A DNA stretch of 64,000 bases from Candidatus Micrarchaeota archaeon (GCA_037444485.1 JBBIMI010000001.1:32001-96000); one strand, 5' to 3'. Shown: positions 18,675-29,321, counted from the stretch's first letter. Numbers and translations are program-made. The notes: generated by a model not told the origin, from the sequence alone.

Positions 18675-19757
18675 ATGGCGAACAATTTCGTAAAAATAAT
18701 TGCGAGCGCGCCGAACAAAATTCATGTTGCTGGCGAGCACAGCGTCGTTTACGGTGGAATAGCTTTAATCGCTCCAGTTGAAGTGGATGAAAAACGCAAC
18801 GTTGTGGAATTAATCGCTGAACCCGGCCAGCCTCAGCTAGAGTTTATAGGAAAAGGTTACGGAAAAACCGGGAGGGCAGTACTGCATGCTGACGGGACGA
18901 TGAACGGGGACAACGAATGGAAGCCGATGCTTGAAGTAGCGCAACACGTTTTAGAAGACTGCGAAAAAAACTTGAAAGACTTGAATACTAGTATAACCGC
19001 TGAACGGTTTTTCAGTGGTGCGCCGAAAGGAACAGGCAATTCAGCTTCAATTCCAGCAGCATTCGCTTCCGCGTTATACGCGTTTTTGGGAAAAAAACCA
19101 AGCAAGCAAGAACTTTACGATGCGGCTTTCATTGCGGACAACGCGTGGCATGGCGGAAAGTCAAGCGGTGGAGACGTGCAAGCAGTAATTTCGAACCATC
19201 CACAAAAATTCTGGAGAGAATTCACTCGAAAAGGCGTAAAACCACGTTACCAAGACTTTAGTGGAACGCTTCCGAAAAACACTGTTTTAGTGTTAATAGA
19301 TTCTTTCAGGGGTGTTGGAGAGAAATCCACTACGGCGCTCCAAATCGAGAAATTCGCTGCAGCTAACGGAATAACTAGAAAACCTTTCGAATTAACTGAA
19401 CAGGAAAGAAAAAAAATATGTAAGCCTTACGATGAAGTCATCGAAAAAATAGAAAGCGAAATGCGTTTTGACGGAAACCCTGAAAAACTCGGGGCATACT
19501 TCAACGAAAACCACGAGTTACTGAAAAAATCAAATGTTTCAAGTCCAGACATTGAAGAAGCTATTTCAGTAAGCAAGCGAAACGGCGCTCTAGGAGCGAA
19601 ACTAATCGGCGCCGGAGGCGTTGGGGGGGCAGTCATAGCCCTCTGCATGCGAGAAAAAACGCGTTTAATAACGAATGCGCTTGCGGAAAAAAAATTTAAT
19701 AGTTGGACGGTCAAATTCGCTGAAAAAGGAGCTTGCGTGGATTCGATGCAAAAATGA
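18675..19757 (+). CDS. mvk: Mevalonate kinase
   Basis: SAPNKIHVAGEHSVVYG, PKGTGNSAS, HGGKSSGGD, GAKLIGAGGVGG. Confidence 0.88.
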   Translation: MANNFVKIIASAPNKIHVAGEHSVVYGGIALIAPVEVDEKRNVVELIAEPGQPQLEFIGKGYGKTGRAVLHADGTMNGDNEWKPMLEVAQHVLEDCEKNLKDLNTSITAERFFSGAPKGTGNSASIPAAFASALYAFLGKKPSKQELYDAAFIADNAWHGGKSSGGDVQAVISNHPQKFWREFTRKGVKPRYQDFSGTLPKNTVLVLIDSFRGVGEKSTTALQIEKFAAANGITRKPFELTEQERKKICKPYDEVIEKIESEMRFDGNPEKLGAYFNENHELLKKSNVSSPDIEEAISVSKRNGALGAKLIGAGGVGGAVIALCMREKTRLITNALAEKKFNSWTVKFAEKGACVDSMQK

Positions 19758-19805
19758 TATTTTGGATGGAGTCAAGTGATGGGCTCGTATTAAAATAATA
19801 GTAAT

Positions 19806-20514
19806 ATGAAAATGAAAACTTTTGTTATAGGCGTTGACGAAGCGGGCAGATTGCAATAACTCAAGTTATTGCAAGCCAAAAGGACCCGTCATCGGCCCAC
19901 TAGTAGTCTGCGCTTTCGCCGCGCCAGAGTCTTCGCTTTCTTCACTCAAGAGCGCGGGTGTCAAGGATTCTAAGTTGCTGACGCCTGAAAAGCGCGAGGC
20001 GCTCGCGCGCGAGTTGCGCGCGTTTCCGCACGCCCTCGCCGTCGTCACCGCGCGGGAAATTACTGAGGAAATGGCGCGCAAGGTTTCATTGAATGAAGTG
20101 GAAGCGCGCTTCATGGCTAGCGTGATTCAAGCAGTCGTAGAGAAAGTTGGTTTCGAGAACGTGGCGCGAATCATGGTTGATTCTCCTGACCCGACTACAG
20201 TAAAGTTTAAAGCGCGGTTGCGCAAGTATTACGACGCTGATTCGAAAGTTCATTGCGAACACAAGGCGGACTTGCGTTATACTGAAGTAGGCGCTGCTTC
20301 AATTCTAGCGAAAGTCTTGCGCGACGCTGAAGTCGCTAAAATCAAGGAGTTGTTCGGTGAAGACTTTGGAACAGGGTATAGTCACGATGCGGCGACGATC
20401 GCATTCCTGAAAAAACACTTGCGTGACCCGCGGCTCACGGAATTCGTGCGGTGGAAGTGGAGCACCGCAAAAAAATTGAGGGTCACGCAGTTAGAGTTAA
20501 ACAAATTCCTATAA
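19806..20514 (+). CDS. rnhB: Ribonuclease HII, split by a 31-nt insertion (join 19806..19849,19881..20514)
   Basis: Joined product MKMKTFVIGVDEAGRGPVIGPLVV; also DSK, HKAD, AASILAKV, GTGY and C-terminal PIP-like QLELNKFL. Confidence 0.9.
19850..19880 (+). other. Candidate BHB-type intron in rnhB mRNA
   Basis: GGGC-AG^A-TTGCAATAAC-TCAA-GTTATTGCAA-GCCA-AA^A; 10-bp perfect hairpin; cutting after the 2nd nt of each bulge restores AGA GGA CCC. Confidence 0.75.
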
Positions 20515-20569
20515 ACTTTAGGATTCTGTAACTTTAGAATTAAGTGAGTATAAATTTAAGATTAAGCAG

Positions 20570-21286
20570 TTAAGCTGGAATGCTTTCAGCGCTTGCCGTG
20601 GTCTGCTCGCCAGTTGGTTCACCTTCTTCCGCGCCTTCCTTCACGCTGGCAGCAGCTTCCGCGTTCTCCACGCTTTCCGCACTTTCTAGCTGCTGGGCTT
20701 CTGTAATGTCGAATTCTTCGTACAACTCGCTCTTGTAAACCTCGACGCGGCGCAGCGGCATGAATTTCTTGAGCTTGCCGTAAAGCTCTGTTCCCGCCTT
20801 GCCCCAAAGCACTTCTTGAATGAATTTACCGAATTCCTGTCTCGCGGCTTTCTTCTTCAACTCGCTCGCCAACGCGTTGCGTAAAAGCCGTTTTTGCGTT
20901 TCGCTGCAAGGAACGTTCGTGACTATGAGGACTTTGACCGTAAAATCGATTCCGTCACTCGATTTTACTGGCAGGATTACGCGCAACGCTTCCCTGCGCC
21001 TGCGCACTAGAGTGCTCAAGTACTCGCGCGCGATCTCGTGGCCAATGAATTTCGTGAATGCGGTGCGTCCCTTGATTTCGCTGACGCGCAAGCGAATGTT
21101 TACGTAAACGTGACTCAAGTCATGAGTCACTTCACGCAATGGAAGCGTGATTACGCGGTTCATTAAGTGTTGCTCGTCGCTGGCAGGCACTCGCGCGACT
21201 TCCACTTCACCCAAGAATTTTGGTGCAATAATCGCGTACCAAGATTTGGTGCGCCAAGTGTCAACCGGTTTTTTGGTTACAACCAA
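20570..21286 (-). CDS. rps3ae: 30S ribosomal protein S3Ae (eS1)
   Basis: DTWRTKSWYAIIAP, TKFIGHE, PLRRVEVYKS; acidic C-terminal tail. Confidence 0.93.
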   Translation of the reverse strand: MVVTKKPVDTWRTKSWYAIIAPKFLGEVEVARVPASDEQHLMNRVITLPLREVTHDLSHVYVNIRLRVSEIKGRTAFTKFIGHEIAREYLSTLVRRRREALRVILPVKSSDGIDFTVKVLIVTNVPCSETQKRLLRNALASELKKKAARQEFGKFIQEVLWGKAGTELYGKLKKFMPLRRVEVYKSELYEEFDITEAQQLESAESVENAEAAASVKEGAEEGEPTGEQTTASAESIPA

Positions 21287-21305
21287 ATAAAAACACCTTC
21301 AACCT

Positions 21306-21758
21306 TCACTTGACTAATAGAGCTGCTTCCTCTGGAACGTAACTCCAGTCAGCTGGAATCTTTTTGCCGCGGTAATAACGCACAAGCCGCCTGATTTTTG
21401 ACTCGACGTGCGCGAGCTTCACCTTATTCTGCACGTCGCGCGGGTTTTGCTTCAAGTGCTTACGCAAGCCAACCGCGGCGCGAATCAAGTCCATCAAGTC
21501 GCTAGGGTACTTCGGCCCAAGGTTTTTTTCCTTCAAAAAAGCGCTGATGCTTTGTCCTAAAACAAGCTTCGCGTTCGGCACACCGTACTGGTCGCGCAAC
21601 ACTACTCCAATTCTCGCTTCAGTCTCGCCCTCGCGCGCAAGTTTTTCAATAACTGTTTCCACTTCTTTTTTTGAAGCCCGAATCCAGCCTACACTCCGCT
21701 TGCCGACTGGCTTGTGTGAGCTCGACTTTCCCTTCTTCCGCGTATGCAACCTAGCCAA
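21306..21758 (-). CDS. rps15: 30S ribosomal protein S15 (uS15)
   Basis: MARLHTRKKGKSSS, IGVVLRDQYG, ESKIRRLVRYY. Confidence 0.95.
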   Translation of the reverse strand: MARLHTRKKGKSSSHKPVGKRSVGWIRASKKEVETVIEKLAREGETEARIGVVLRDQYGVPNAKLVLGQSISAFLKEKNLGPKYPSDLMDLIRAAVGLRKHLKQNPRDVQNKVKLAHVESKIRRLVRYYRGKKIPADWSYVPEEAALLVK

Positions 21759-21875
21759 ATAAACAACTCCTTAAACAAAGAATCGAATTTGTTTTCAAAA
21801 GAAAAGAATTCGACGTTTTCCACTTCACTAAAAATTTTGCGGGAACGACTATAAAAACCTTTTATTCGAAACCTT

Positions 21876-24254
21876 TTATTCGAACACTTTCACAGAAAAC
21901 TCTTTCTCGCTGCGCTTTACTTCGACAACCCTTGCCTTCGCAATAACCTTGATTTCGTCAACAACGTCAGCCAACAAACGCGCTTCCTCTATTCCGACGC
22001 CGACTTCAACGCACTCTACAGGTGCATTCAACGCGAGTCCCTTCGCTGCCTTGAACTTGCGCGTTTCACTCAACACTAAATGCATCAAGTCCACTGTTTT
22101 TTTAACGCTCGCGTCGCAAACTCGTTTCGGTTCAGGCCACCCCTGTACATGCAGACTCTCGCCGCGCTTTGCGAACAACTGCGAATAAATTTCTTCAGTA
22201 GTGTAAGGTGCGAAAGGCGCGAGCAGCTTGAGAGTAGTTTCAAGAACTTCACGTAATGCGTGCTGTGCGCCGCGTTTTGACTCTGCGTCAGCGCCGTAAA
22301 TCCTGTGCTTGACGTCTTCCAAGTAGTAATCGCAGAACGAGTGCCAAAAGAACGACTGCACTGCAGTAATCGCGGCATAGTAATCGAATTCCTCCATTGC
22401 TTTAGTCGCGATGCGAATAGTCTCGCTTAACTCGCCGAGAATCCACTTGTCAACGATGCTTTCTTTCGCTTTCGCACTCGCGTCAAAGCCTTCTAGAGCC
22501 TTTTCCACGAATTTGGAGGCGTTCCATAACTTCGTCAAAAAAGATTGCGCGAAATCAATGTCCTTCCAACTAAACACGACGTCTTTTCCAGTGCGTCCAC
22601 TTAAGGCAGTCCACTGGCGTAACGCATCAACGCTAGCGCGTTTTATTACGTCCTTCGCTTCAACGTAATTGCCGAGCGACTTACTCATTTTCTTGCCGTC
22701 AACACCTAAAACCATTCCATTCACGAGCACTGTCCCGAAAGCAGGTTTGCCTGTAAGCGCCAAGCAACGGTAAATAGTGTAAAACGCCCAAGTGCGAATA
22801 ATGTCGGTTCCCTGCGGCCGAAGCGAAACCGGAAAAAAACGCTTGAACTTCTCCTCGTCACGCGTCCAGCCTGAAATCACGAGCGGGGTGACGCTCGAGT
22901 CAACCCAACCGTCGCAAACGCTTTCCTCGCCGGCAAGCGAACCGCCGCAAGAACACTTCGCGCGAGGCGGCGCGTCAACAGTCGGGTCTACCGGCAACGC
23001 GTTTTCTTTTTGCGCAAATACTTTGCCGCATTTTACGCAATACCAAAAAGGAATCGGAATGCCGAAAGCCCTCTGGCGCGAAATGCACCAATCCCATTCG
23101 AGTGCGTCAACCCAATCCAGCAATAACTGCCGCGAGTGTTCGGGAATCCAACGCATTTCCCCGCTCGCTTTTTTTACTTCTTGTTTGAAGTTGGATAACT
23201 TGGCAAACCACTGCGTGGACTCGATGAACTCGACTGCGTGCTTGCAGCGGTCGTGAATCTTTACAGTCTGCTTTAAAGCCTCTGTTTTTTTCAACAAACC
23301 TTTTTCTGCAAGCTTGCCAACGATTTTCTCGCGCGCTTGAACAACAGTCAATCCGTCTAGCTCGCCTGCGTTCGCGAGTTCACCCCGCTCGTTCATCGCC
23401 TTTATTATAGGCAGCTTGTGACGGTAAGCCCAGACAACGTCAGTCTTGTCTCCGAAAGTGCACACCATCACGGCGCCTGTTCCGAAATTCGGGTCCACGT
23501 CAGAATCCGCCAAGATTTTTACAGTTTTTCCAAACAAAGGCGTAGTCAACGTTTTTCCAACGAATTGCTTGAAACGCTCGTCGCCGGGGTTGACGAGAAC
23601 CGCAACGCAAGCGTGCAGCAATTCTGGGCGCGTGGTCGCGATCTGGAACGCTTTTCCATCGACAGTCTTGAAGTCGATAAAGTAAAGCACTGAATCCCGC
23701 TCTATTTCCTCAGTCTCCGCCTTCGCAATCGCGCTTGCGCACTTCGTACACCACAAGACCGGGTGCCTAGCGCGGTAAACCAGTTTTTTTTCGAACATCT
23801 TTAATAAAGAGTATTGAACTAGTTTCTTGTACTCGGCGCTCGTCGTGAAGTACTCTGACCGCCAGTCGATGCTGAAACCCATCAACTTCATCTGCGGCCG
23901 AATTGAAGCGATGTTAGCGTTCGTCCACTCTAGACACTTTTCGCGAAACTCTTTCTTCGGCAAACGCCCGTACTTCGCTTCAACCTTCACTTCAGTAGGA
24001 AAACCGTGGCAATCCCAACCCTGCGGAAAGAAAACATTGAAGCCCCGCATGCGCTTGAAGCGCGCTGCGAAATCGATGTAACACCAGTTTAACACGCTGC
24101 CTGTATGGAACTCGCCGGTTGGGAAAGGCGGGGGAGTGTCTATCACGAAAACAGGTTTTTTCGAATCAAAGTAATCGAACTCGTGAATCTTTTTTTCCTC
24201 CCAAACCTTCAACCATTTTTCTTGAATTTTTTCGTGAACGAGTTTATCAAGCAC
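21876..24254 (-). CDS. valS: Valine--tRNA ligase
   Basis: IDTPPP, HTGS (HIGH-like), GTGAVM, DWCISRQR, QGTDII, KMSKS. Confidence 0.95.
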   Translation of the reverse strand: MLDKLVHEKIQEKWLKVWEEKKIHEFDYFDSKKPVFVIDTPPPFPTGEFHTGSVLNWCYIDFAARFKRMRGFNVFFPQGWDCHGFPTEVKVEAKYGRLPKKEFREKCLEWTNANIASIRPQMKLMGFSIDWRSEYFTTSAEYKKLVQYSLLKMFEKKLVYRARHPVLWCTKCASAIAKAETEEIERDSVLYFIDFKTVDGKAFQIATTRPELLHACVAVLVNPGDERFKQFVGKTLTTPLFGKTVKILADSDVDPNFGTGAVMVCTFGDKTDVVWAYRHKLPIIKAMNERGELANAGELDGLTVVQAREKIVGKLAEKGLLKKTEALKQTVKIHDRCKHAVEFIESTQWFAKLSNFKQEVKKASGEMRWIPEHSRQLLLDWVDALEWDWCISRQRAFGIPIPFWYCVKCGKVFAQKENALPVDPTVDAPPRAKCSCGGSLAGEESVCDGWVDSSVTPLVISGWTRDEEKFKRFFPVSLRPQGTDIIRTWAFYTIYRCLALTGKPAFGTVLVNGMVLGVDGKKMSKSLGNYVEAKDVIKRASVDALRQWTALSGRTGKDVVFSWKDIDFAQSFLTKLWNASKFVEKALEGFDASAKAKESIVDKWILGELSETIRIATKAMEEFDYYAAITAVQSFFWHSFCDYYLEDVKHRIYGADAESKRGAQHALREVLETTLKLLAPFAPYTTEEIYSQLFAKRGESLHVQGWPEPKRVCDASVKKTVDLMHLVLSETRKFKAAKGLALNAPVECVEVGVGIEEARLLADVVDEIKVIAKARVVEVKRSEKEFSVKVFE

Positions 24255-24345
24255 TTCAATCCACTCGAACGCTCCGAGAAAAAAACAAAAAACGGCGACT
24301 AGAAAACGCAGAAATGGGAGAACTGCTGCGTGGTTGACGTTTTTC

Positions 24346-24516
24346 CTACTTCTTTTTGAAGCGCGCGGTCCACTTCAAGCGCGACGGATTGCGTTTCAAC
24401 GCCGCGTTCTTCTCGCACTTTCTTGAACAGTAACGCACTGCAGACCCGTCTTTCTTGAACAACGTGACTCCGAAACCTGCTTGAATCTCTTTCCCGCAAA
24501 AACTACATGACGCCAT
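24346..24516 (-). CDS. rpl24e: 50S ribosomal protein L24e (56 aa, below ORF-track cutoff)
   Basis: Translated by hand: MASCSFCGKEIQAGFGVTLFKKDGSAVRYCSRKCEKNAALKRNPSRLKWTARFKKK; lies after S28e as expected. Confidence 0.93.
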   Translation of the reverse strand: MASCSFCGKEIQAGFGVTLFKKDGSAVRYCSRKCEKNAALKRNPSRLKWTARFKKK

Positions 24517-24615
24517 TAACCTTTCAACCTTTTCCGTTCTTCAACCCTTTCCGCTCGCTAGCTCCAGCTTGCTAACTCTATTCGCTAGCGCTCACTAGCT
24601 CCAGTTTGCAGTCCT

Positions 24616-24975
24616 TCATTTTTTTTCTTGCTTTTTCTGCTTCAACGGACGCGCTTCCCGCTCCGTCTCTAACAACATCAACACGTCTCCCTTTTTTACA
24701 GGTCCTTTAAGGTTCCTGCGAATAACGCGGCCCTTGTCGCGGCCTTCAAGCACTTTAACCATCACTTGCTTGACTTCACCGAAAACGCCTGTCCTGCCAA
24801 TGATTTCGACGACTTGCGCCGGAAAACCTTCAAACGCGCCGGCTGCAGCCTGTTGCGCTTGACGTGGTTCGAATGTTTTCTTACCCTCGTTTTTCGAAGC
24901 ACGCTCTAAAGCTTCCTTCTCCGCTTTTTTCTCGATGCTCTTTATTTTAGTCTTGCCGCCCAACTGCAAAACCAC
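24616..24975 (-). CDS. rps28e: 30S ribosomal protein S28e with N-terminal extension
   Basis: [30 protein letters not shown]. Confidence 0.92.
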   Translation of the reverse strand: MVLQLGGKTKIKSIEKKAEKEALERASKNEGKKTFEPRQAQQAAAGAFEGFPAQVVEIIGRTGVFGEVKQVMVKVLEGRDKGRVIRRNLKGPVKKGDVLMLLETEREARPLKQKKQEKK

Positions 24976-25077
24976 CTAAATCCAAAAAATTTTCAAAAAG
25001 ATTTTCAAAAAAAACGATAAAACGATAAAACGAACGATAAAAATTATTCCTAAAAAATTTTCCTAAAAAACAAAAAA

Positions 25078-25581
25078 TTAAGCTACTTCTTTTTCTTCAA
25101 CTTTTTCTTCCTTAACTTTTTCTTCTTTCGCTTTCTTCGCTGCTGGCTTCACTGTTTTTTTCGCTTCCTTTTTTTCCGCGCCAGCAGCGCCTGCGCTTGC
25201 GCTTGCAGTAGCTTCTTTCGGTAGTTCTGAAATTATTTCCTTGACTAGCGCTTCAGCGTTGCCTAGCTTCGTGATAGCGATTGCAGCTGTTGGAACGCTT
25301 AAGCCAGCCGCCTTGCCGAGGCTCGCTTTCTCGGGAGTGAAAGCGTAAGGCACGCGTTTCTCGACGCAAAGCATCGGCAAGTGCATGACTATTTCCTCCG
25401 GGTCGACGTCTTCAGCGATTACGACGAACTTCGCGTCCCCGCGTTCTATTGCCTTCGTAGCTTCGTTAGTGCCTTTGCGCACTTTACCAGTGTTTCTCGC
25501 TTCCTCTACAGCCTCGAGAATCTTGTTTTTCAAGCTCGCTGGAGTCTGAAAATTTACGTAAGACTTTGCCATTCTCATCAC
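25078..25581 (-). CDS. rpl7ae: 50S ribosomal protein L7Ae with K/E/A-rich tail
   Basis: [35 protein letters not shown]. Confidence 0.95.
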   Translation of the reverse strand: MMRMAKSYVNFQTPASLKNKILEAVEEARNTGKVRKGTNEATKAIERGDAKFVVIAEDVDPEEIVMHLPMLCVEKRVPYAFTPEKASLGKAAGLSVPTAAIAITKLGNAEALVKEIISELPKEATASASAGAAGAEKKEAKKTVKPAAKKAKEEKVKEEKVEEKEVA

Positions 25582-25776
25582 CTCGACGCATTGAAAACGC
25601 GTTCACTGATTCGAAGCAAAACCGAATACGAAAAAAAGTAGTTTTGCGACAAGATTTTTGTGTGAGAACCAATTTAAATACGTTTTGCATTAATAGAAAA
25701 AAAATAAGATGAGAAAACGGAAAAGAAGATGAAAAAAAATAAAAAAAATTTTCTGTTCGGGGGGAGTGCATTTAAG

Positions 25777-26775
25777 TTGAAAAAAAAGTTTTCGGTTTTA
25801 ATCGTTTTCTCGATTGCTGGAATAATCTTGTTTGGCTGCGTTTCGCAACCGCAAGCACCTGCTAGTGCTGGCGCTGCAAACGAACGACTAGAAGCAAGCG
25901 TTGCAAAAATCGAGAATAGAATCAGTGCTTTAGAAAGCCGGTTGTCGATGCTCGAAAACGCTTTCGCTAAAAAATTGCTTGAACTCGGCGTTCCTCTGCG
26001 TTTTTACTATGACTCGAGCTGCGCGTTCTGCGCGAATGCTGATTACGTTAGCATGGCTGCTGGCTTGATAGACAGGCTTAAAGACCAAGGAATCCAGCTT
26101 GAAATCATTGACGTGAAAGGAAACTTCACGCAGCCCAACGCCCTTGGACTCAAACGCTTGCCTGCGTTTTACGCACCTGCATTCGCGCTTGCGAAAAGCA
26201 AGGAGTTAAGCGAGTTTTTCAAGACTCTTGAAGAAAACCGTTTTACGATAATCAACGCGGTGAACGGCTTGGCTGCGTTGACTAACGACGCAAGCGAACT
26301 CGTTGGCGGCGATTGCAACCTCGGCGATGGAAAAGTGCGGTTACGCGAATTCTATTCAGAAACATGCGCGTTTTGCGTGCGCATGAACTACGCTAACGGC
26401 ACAGAATACAATCCGAAAAACAATCCGCGTTACGCTAGCGTTTCCAGCGAAGCGGTTGAAGAAGTCAACAAGGCGCTTGGAGATAAAATAATTTACGAAA
26501 AATTCTGTATTCTACTGCATACCGCGCCGGACAACCTGCGACTCATCGGCGTAAACAAAAGCGATGACGAACTTTGCGCCGCGAAGTACTCGCGCGAGGA
26601 ACTCGATAAAGCGAATTCGCTTGCAAGCGATTACGCAATTCAAAGCGCGCCGTTCTTCGTGGTAGACTGCAAGTACGTCTTCAACGCTGTGACTGCAGAC
26701 AAACTCAAGAAAAACATTTGCGCGGTACGCCCCGACATCTGCAGCAGCGTCAACAACACGAATTCGAGTAGTTGA
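25777..26775 (+). CDS. Secreted/lipoprotein with two thioredoxin-like CxxC motifs
   Basis: Basic N-terminus plus hydrophobic stretch ending LFGC; coiled coil; YYDSSCAFC and FYSETCAFC; APFFVVDC. Confidence 0.65.
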   Translation: MKKKFSVLIVFSIAGIILFGCVSQPQAPASAGAANERLEASVAKIENRISALESRLSMLENAFAKKLLELGVPLRFYYDSSCAFCANADYVSMAAGLIDRLKDQGIQLEIIDVKGNFTQPNALGLKRLPAFYAPAFALAKSKELSEFFKTLEENRFTIINAVNGLAALTNDASELVGGDCNLGDGKVRLREFYSETCAFCVRMNYANGTEYNPKNNPRYASVSSEAVEEVNKALGDKIIYEKFCILLHTAPDNLRLIGVNKSDDELCAAKYSREELDKANSLASDYAIQSAPFFVVDCKYVFNAVTADKLKKNICAVRPDICSSVNNTNSSS

Positions 26776-26786
26776 GAGTTAACCGC

Positions 26787-28088
26787 TTAAAAGTTAACCC
26801 TCAATTCGGCAAGCAATTCACGCGCTCGGTCCACGCTTATTTTTTTCTCTTCAACCATCTTCCGCGCTATAACGTCAATCAACTCGCCTTTAGCGCCCGC
26901 CAAAACCGCGATGTTCTTCGCGTGCAGTTTCATGTGCCCCGCTTGAATTCCTTCGGTAGCAAGCGCGCGAAGCGCAGCGAAATTTTGAGCCAAGCCCACC
27001 GCTGCCATAACCTCGCCTAATTCGCGTGCAGTCTTCACGCCGAGAAGCTTTACGCAAACGCGCGCCACCGGATGCGTTTTCGTCGCGCCGCCGACTAAGC
27101 CGAGCGCGACAGGCAGAGTTATTTCTCCGATTAAGTCCCCTTTCTCGTTCTTGTAGTACTTCGTCAAAGGCGAGTATTTGCCTGAAAGCGCTGCGAAAGC
27201 GTGCGCGCCTGCCTCGAGCGCGCGCCAATCGTTTCCAGTGGCAATCGCTACAGCGTCAACGCCATTCATTATTCCCTTGTTGTGCGTGCAAGCGCGGTAT
27301 TCGTCGCTTGCCGCGAACGCGTAAGCGTCGAGAATGCGTTCGATTGTTTCCTCTCCGCCGCAAACTCCTTCGACAGCGAGCTCGCTTTTAGGAAAAACAG
27401 CTTTAGCGTGAGCAGTGCGGTTGACTGCGAGGTTTGAAATGATGCGCAAGCGCGCGCTCGCTCTAGTAAGCTCTTCCAATTTAGGGGCAAGCGCTTCACT
27501 CATCGTGTTCACCGTATTCGCGCCCATCGCGTCCCGCACGTCGACAAGCAAGTGCACTGCAAGCATTTTGCCGCGCGGCGAATCGACGACGCGCGATTCA
27601 ATCCCTCGCGCGCCTCCACCGTGTTCTACAAGAGTTTTGTCTAGAGTGTTGACGAAAGCAATCAGTTTTTGTTCCTGTTCTTTAATAATCTTGATTGCGT
27701 TAGCCCAATCGTTTTCATTAAAACGCGGATTAACGAGCTGAATCTGTCCAATCATCACGGGCTCAGTCGAAGTAGTAGTGAAACCGCTTGCAGCCCGCGC
27801 GATTTTCGCGGCTTTGCTTGCAGCAGCGACCACGCTTGGTTCTTCGATTGCGAAAGGAATAAAGTAATCTCGGCCGTTGATTTTAAAGTTTGTAGCGATT
27901 CCGATCGGCAGTTGCGTTGTTCCAACAACGTTTTCAATCATTCTATTCGCTGTTTCCGCGCCCAGCCCACCGTAATGGCTTAAAATCGTCGCTTCTTCTT
28001 GAGTTAACCCAGCAAAGTTTCGCACGAATTCGAGGCGTTCGGCAGCGGAAAGCTTGTAAAACTCTTTCACTTCAGAAGATTTTTCCAT
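26787..28088 (-). CDS. mvaA: HMG-CoA reductase, class II
   Basis: MIENVVG, EEPSVVAA, DAMGANTVN, THNKGIMNG, GIQAGHMKLH. Confidence 0.93.
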   Translation of the reverse strand: MEKSSEVKEFYKLSAAERLEFVRNFAGLTQEEATILSHYGGLGAETANRMIENVVGTTQLPIGIATNFKINGRDYFIPFAIEEPSVVAAASKAAKIARAASGFTTTSTEPVMIGQIQLVNPRFNENDWANAIKIIKEQEQKLIAFVNTLDKTLVEHGGGARGIESRVVDSPRGKMLAVHLLVDVRDAMGANTVNTMSEALAPKLEELTRASARLRIISNLAVNRTAHAKAVFPKSELAVEGVCGGEETIERILDAYAFAASDEYRACTHNKGIMNGVDAVAIATGNDWRALEAGAHAFAALSGKYSPLTKYYKNEKGDLIGEITLPVALGLVGGATKTHPVARVCVKLLGVKTARELGEVMAAVGLAQNFAALRALATEGIQAGHMKLHAKNIAVLAGAKGELIDVIARKMVEEKKISVDRARELLAELRVNF

Positions 28089-28274
28089 GACCCCACCAAA
28101 AAAAATTATTTCTCCAACGAATTAAAAACCCCTCTAAAACCCTTCTCTGCTTCGGCAATCAACGATTTTCCTAGAGTTTAGAACGATTTAAAAAAAACAA
28201 CTCGCAATAAAAAACTGGTAAAAACTAGTTGACTGATTAACGAAACGCTTAACAATCGCTCGAGGTAGTCGCGA

Positions 28275-29321
28275 GTGACTGCTGGAATAATTGGTTACGG
28301 GACCGCAATACCGCGCTTGCGCATAAAGCCAAGCGAAATAGCGCGAGTGTGGGGTAAAGACGGCGAACGCGTAAGCGCGAGCTTGAACGTCAAAGAAAAA
28401 GCAGTCGCAGCCTTCGACGAAGATTCTTGCACTCTCGCTGTTGAAGCAGCGAGGGAAGCGCTTGAAACAGCGCGAATCAAGCCAACGCAAATTGGAGCCG
28501 TCTTCGTTGGAAGTGAAAGCAAACCGTACGCAGTCAAGCCAACTGCAACCATAGTCGCTGAAGCAATAGAAGCGACACCCAACCTCACTGCAGCCGACTT
28601 CGAATTCGCTTGCAAAGCAGGCACTACTGGAATTCAAGCACTCATGGGAATGACTGAAAGCGGAATCATTGATTACGGGATTGCAATAGGTTCAGACACT
28701 GCTCAAGGCAGGCCTGCAGACGCTCTCGAGTACACCGCAGGCAGCGGTGCAGGCGCTTTCATAATCGGAAAACAAGACCCTATTGCGACAATCGACGCTA
28801 CCTTCTCGTTCACTACAGACACTCCGGATTTTTGGCGCAGGCAACACGCGGAATTCCCGCGCCACGCAGGCCGTTTTACTGGCAAGCCAGCCTTCTTCAA
28901 ACACGTGGTAAGCGCGGCTCAAGGACTCATGAAAAAAACAGGTTTGACTGCAGAAGATTTCAATTACGTGGTCTTCCATCAGCCCAACGGCAAATTCCCG
29001 TTGGAAGCAGGCAAGATTCTCGGCTTCGAAAAACAAAAACTCGAACAAGGACTAATAACGCCTTACATTGGCAACACTTACAGCGGAGCTTCAATGATTG
29101 GGCTCGCAAGCGTCTTAGACGCCGCCAAGCCCGGCGACAAGATTCTAGTAGTCTCTTACGGCAGCGGCGCAGGCAGCGATGCGTTTGCTATCACCGTCAC
29201 TGAAGCAATAAAGCAATCCGGCCGCAGGCCGAAGAAAAGTGTTTTCGAAAAAATCCGCGACAAGGAATACGTTGACTACGCACTCTACGCAAAACACAGA
29301 AAGAAAATCAAGAGCTTGTGA
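28275..29321 (+). CDS. Archaeal HMG-CoA synthase
   Basis: GSESKPYAVKP, EFACKAG, FHQPNGKFP, GNTYSG, SYGSGAGSD. Confidence 0.93.
   Translation: MTAGIIGYGTAIPRLRIKPSEIARVWGKDGERVSASLNVKEKAVAAFDEDSCTLAVEAAREALETARIKPTQIGAVFVGSESKPYAVKPTATIVAEAIEATPNLTAADFEFACKAGTTGIQALMGMTESGIIDYGIAIGSDTAQGRPADALEYTAGSGAGAFIIGKQDPIATIDATFSFTTDTPDFWRRQHAEFPRHAGRFTGKPAFFKHVVSAAQGLMKKTGLTAEDFNYVVFHQPNGKFPLEAGKILGFEKQKLEQGLITPYIGNTYSGASMIGLASVLDAAKPGDKILVVSYGSGAGSDAFAITVTEAIKQSGRRPKKSVFEKIRDKEYVDYALYAKHRKKIKSL

Noticed and set aside
19834..20514. ORF-track RNase HII starting at TTG 19834 (MTKRADCNNSS...)
   Set aside because: It would lack the catalytic DEAGR residues, which are encoded upstream in another frame; the spliced model fits better.
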